In this document: positions 61,774 to 64,000 of the stretch, in pieces | How the letters are laid out: every line of letters begins with the position of its first letter | Position numbering within the stretch: the first letter of the stretch is position 1 | NCBI GenBank assembly: GCA_000434335.1 | Contig: FR878314.1 | Coordinates: 992-64,991, forward strand | Direction of reading: 5' to 3' | Origin: Clostridium sp. CAG:492 | GTDB lineage: Bacteria; Bacillota; Clostridia; TANB77; CAG-508 | DNA: 64,000 nt | Made by a program: the position numbers and the translations under genes | The notes under the pieces: model-generated | Seen by the model: the letters and a program-made list of their open reading frames with translations, nothing else | Database searches by the model: none | Told to the model about the DNA's origin: nothing

Positions 61774-63108
61774 ATGAAGATTCAGTATGTTGGACTTGAT
61801 TCGATTAATGGCCCTTTGGTGTTTATTAGGACTCCTAAGGATGTGTCGTTTGAGGAGAAGGTTACTTTAATTTTAAAGAATGGTGAGCGTAGGCTTGGTA
61901 ATATTATTAGGTTGGATGATGATATTACTACTATCCAGGTGTATGAGGGTACTAATGGTATTGATACTAAAGAGGTTAGCTCTGTTTTTATGGGAGAGCC
62001 TTTGAAGCTTAAGTTGTCTCCTAGCATGTTGGGGAGAATTTTTGATGGTACTGGTAATCCTATTGATGATTTAGGTGAAATTGAAGCTTGTGTTGAGCGT
62101 GATATTAATTCTAGCTCTATTAATCCAGTTTCTAGAAAGTATCCTAGAAATTTTATTCAAACTGGTATTTCTACTATTGATGGTTTGATGACTTTGATTA
62201 GGGGTCAGAAGTTACCTATTTTTTCTGGTAGTGGTATTAATCATAATGAACTTGCTGAAAGAATTATTAGACAATCTGATATAACAGATGGTGGTGATTT
62301 TGCCATTGTTTTTGGATTAATGGGAGCAGAGTATGAGACTGCGGAGTTTTTTAAGAAAAGTTTTAAGGAGAATGGTGTTCTTTCTAAAGTTGTTATGTTT
62401 GAAAATTTGTCGAATGATTCTTCTATTGAGCGTATTTTGACTCCTAAGTTGGCTTTGACTTGTGCTGAATATTTGGCTTTTGATTTAGACATGCAGGTTT
62501 TGGTCGTTTTGACAGATATGACTGCTTATGCAGAGGCTTTAAGAGAAATTTCTACTTTAAAGGGGGAAATACCAAGTAGAAAAGGTTATCCGGGGTATTT
62601 GTATAGTGATTTTGCTTCAATTTATGAAAGAGCTGGTCAAATAAAGGGAAAAGATGGGTCTATTACACAAATACCTATTTTGACTATGCCTAATGATGAT
62701 ATATCACATCCAATACCAGATACAACTGGATATATAACAGAAGGACAAATTGTTTTAAGTAGAGATTTGTATCAACAAGGTATTACACCACCGATTAATA
62801 TATTAGATTCGCTTTCAAGATTAATGAAAGATGGAATTGGCAAAGGTGTAACTCGTGATAACCATAGTAAAATATCAGATCAAATTTTTGCTTCATACTC
62901 TAAAGTTCAAGAGGTAAGAGCTTTGGCGAAAGTATTAGGTGAAGCAGATTTAACACTAAAAGATAAGAAATATCTAGAATTTGGAGAACAGTTTGAAAAA
63001 AAATTTATAAATCAAGGTAAATATGAATTTAGAGATATAAATCAAACATTAGATTTAGCTTTGGAGCTATTAAAGATATTACCACCAGAAGAGCTAGATA
63101 AATTATAA
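61774..63108 (+). CDS. ntpB: V-type ATP synthase subunit B
   Basis: 444 aa. Contains [14 protein letters not shown] and GYPGYLYSD. Weak RBS. Confidence 0.97.
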   Translation: MKIQYVGLDSINGPLVFIRTPKDVSFEEKVTLILKNGERRLGNIIRLDDDITTIQVYEGTNGIDTKEVSSVFMGEPLKLKLSPSMLGRIFDGTGNPIDDLGEIEACVERDINSSSINPVSRKYPRNFIQTGISTIDGLMTLIRGQKLPIFSGSGINHNELAERIIRQSDITDGGDFAIVFGLMGAEYETAEFFKKSFKENGVLSKVVMFENLSNDSSIERILTPKLALTCAEYLAFDLDMQVLVVLTDMTAYAEALREISTLKGEIPSRKGYPGYLYSDFASIYERAGQIKGKDGSITQIPILTMPNDDISHPIPDTTGYITEGQIVLSRDLYQQGITPPINILDSLSRLMKDGIGKGVTRDNHSKISDQIFASYSKVQEVRALAKVLGEADLTLKDKKYLEFGEQFEKKFINQGKYEFRDINQTLDLALELLKILPPEELDKL

Positions 63109-63192
63109 TTAAATAAATGAAAGTTTTGTGAAAAAATTGAATAATCCTTTAAAATATGCTATTATATAAAATATGTATAAAAAGGAGAAGAA

Positions 63193-64000
63193 AATGAAAA
63201 AAATATCAATAATAATACCTGCATACAATGAAGAGGAATCATTACCCTTATTATATGATAGGTTGAGTAAAGTAATATTAAATTTAAAAAATTATGAATT
63301 CGAATTATTATTTATAAATGATGGAAGTAAAGATAATACATTAAAAATAATAAAAGAGCTAAGAGAAAAAGATTCAAAAATAAGCTATGTTGATTTTTCA
63401 AGAAATTTTGGAAAAGAAGTTGCAATGATAGCTGGTTTAGATTATGCAAAAGGAGATTGTGTAATTTTTATAGACGCTGATTTACAAGATCCACCTGAGC
63501 TAATTCCAGAATTAATAAAATACTGGGAAGAGGGATATGATGATGTATATGCAAGAAGAAAATCAAGAAAAGGTGAAACATTCCTAAAGAAATTTACATC
63601 AAAAATGTATTATAAAGTATTACAAAGTTTAACAAGAGTAGAAATACAAAAAGATACTGGTGATTTTAGATTGTTAGACAGAAGATGCGTAAATGCATTA
63701 AGGCAATTAAGAGAAACACAAAGATGTTCAAAAAGTATATTTAGTTGGATTGGATATAATAAAAAAGAAGTTTTATTTGATCGTGATCCAAGAGTTGCAG
63801 GAACAACGAAATGGAATTATAAAAAATTAATAGATTTAGCTATAGACGGAATAACATCATTTACAACATCTCCATTAAGAATATCTACATATTTATCAAT
63901 ACCAACATTTTTAGCATTAGTAGTTTATTTTGTATATGTAATTGTGAAATGTGTAACACAACATGTTGCAATACAAGCTTTTCAAGCGATAATATTATTA
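63193..64000 (+). CDS. Family 2 glycosyltransferase, polyprenol-phosphate sugar transferase type (GtrB/CsbB-like), 3' end cut by window edge
   Basis: ATG after AAGGAGAAG. MKKISIIIPAYNEEESL, INDGSKDNT, IDADLQDPPE. The frame stays open to the window end. Not in the supplied ORF track. A TTGAAT-17-TGcTATTAT promoter lies upstream. Confidence 0.8.

Overview
The window is very AT-rich and looks like chromosomal core DNA from a low-GC Firmicute (Clostridia-like, judged from protein sequences and CIRCE/glmS-ribozyme usage). Genes are tightly packed and almost all lie on the + strand.

Recognisable housekeeping genes: a Lon-family protease, rimI-tsaB-tsaE, pyrG, groES-groEL behind a CIRCE operator, an OmpR-type two-component pair, lepA, rlmB, rpiA, an envelope glycosylation group (split Alg14/Alg13-like GT, LtaS-like, GT-C-like), ruvB, a queH-GNAT fusion, polA, an SLT transglycosylase, glmS with its ribozyme, uvrC, an acyl-ACP thioesterase, tRNA-Leu(UAG), a TRAM/RumA-type methyltransferase, a Nudix hydrolase, a DUF368 membrane protein, an LD-carboxypeptidase, rpsO-pnp, a processive-type GT2, a cmk-plsC fusion, rpsA, typA, an O-methyltransferase, a V/A-type ATPase operon and a partial GT2. 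No CRISPR array, rRNA, transposase or integrase is visible.

Observations worth a second look:
- An intergenic cassette at 41.54-41.80 kb has the architecture of a par/Fst-like type I toxin-antitoxin: a convergent sRNA, a 21-codon hydrophobic ORF, direct repeats and a shared bidirectional terminator.
- A small accessory islet at 36.9-40.4 kb carries an orphan 837-aa protein with five in-frame 87-bp tandem repeats, overlapping small ORFs and a gene remnant.
- A codon-usage patch covers the V-ATPase A/B genes. It includes a 120-bp spacer with a UUCG-loop terminator between A and B, and no D-subunit gene follows B.
- An ORF between typA and the methyltransferase is interrupted by an in-frame TAA.
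- Two orphan small ORFs with atypical codon usage have their own promoters and terminators.
- Several domain fusions are present.

All functional calls come from reading motifs by eye. No database search was possible.
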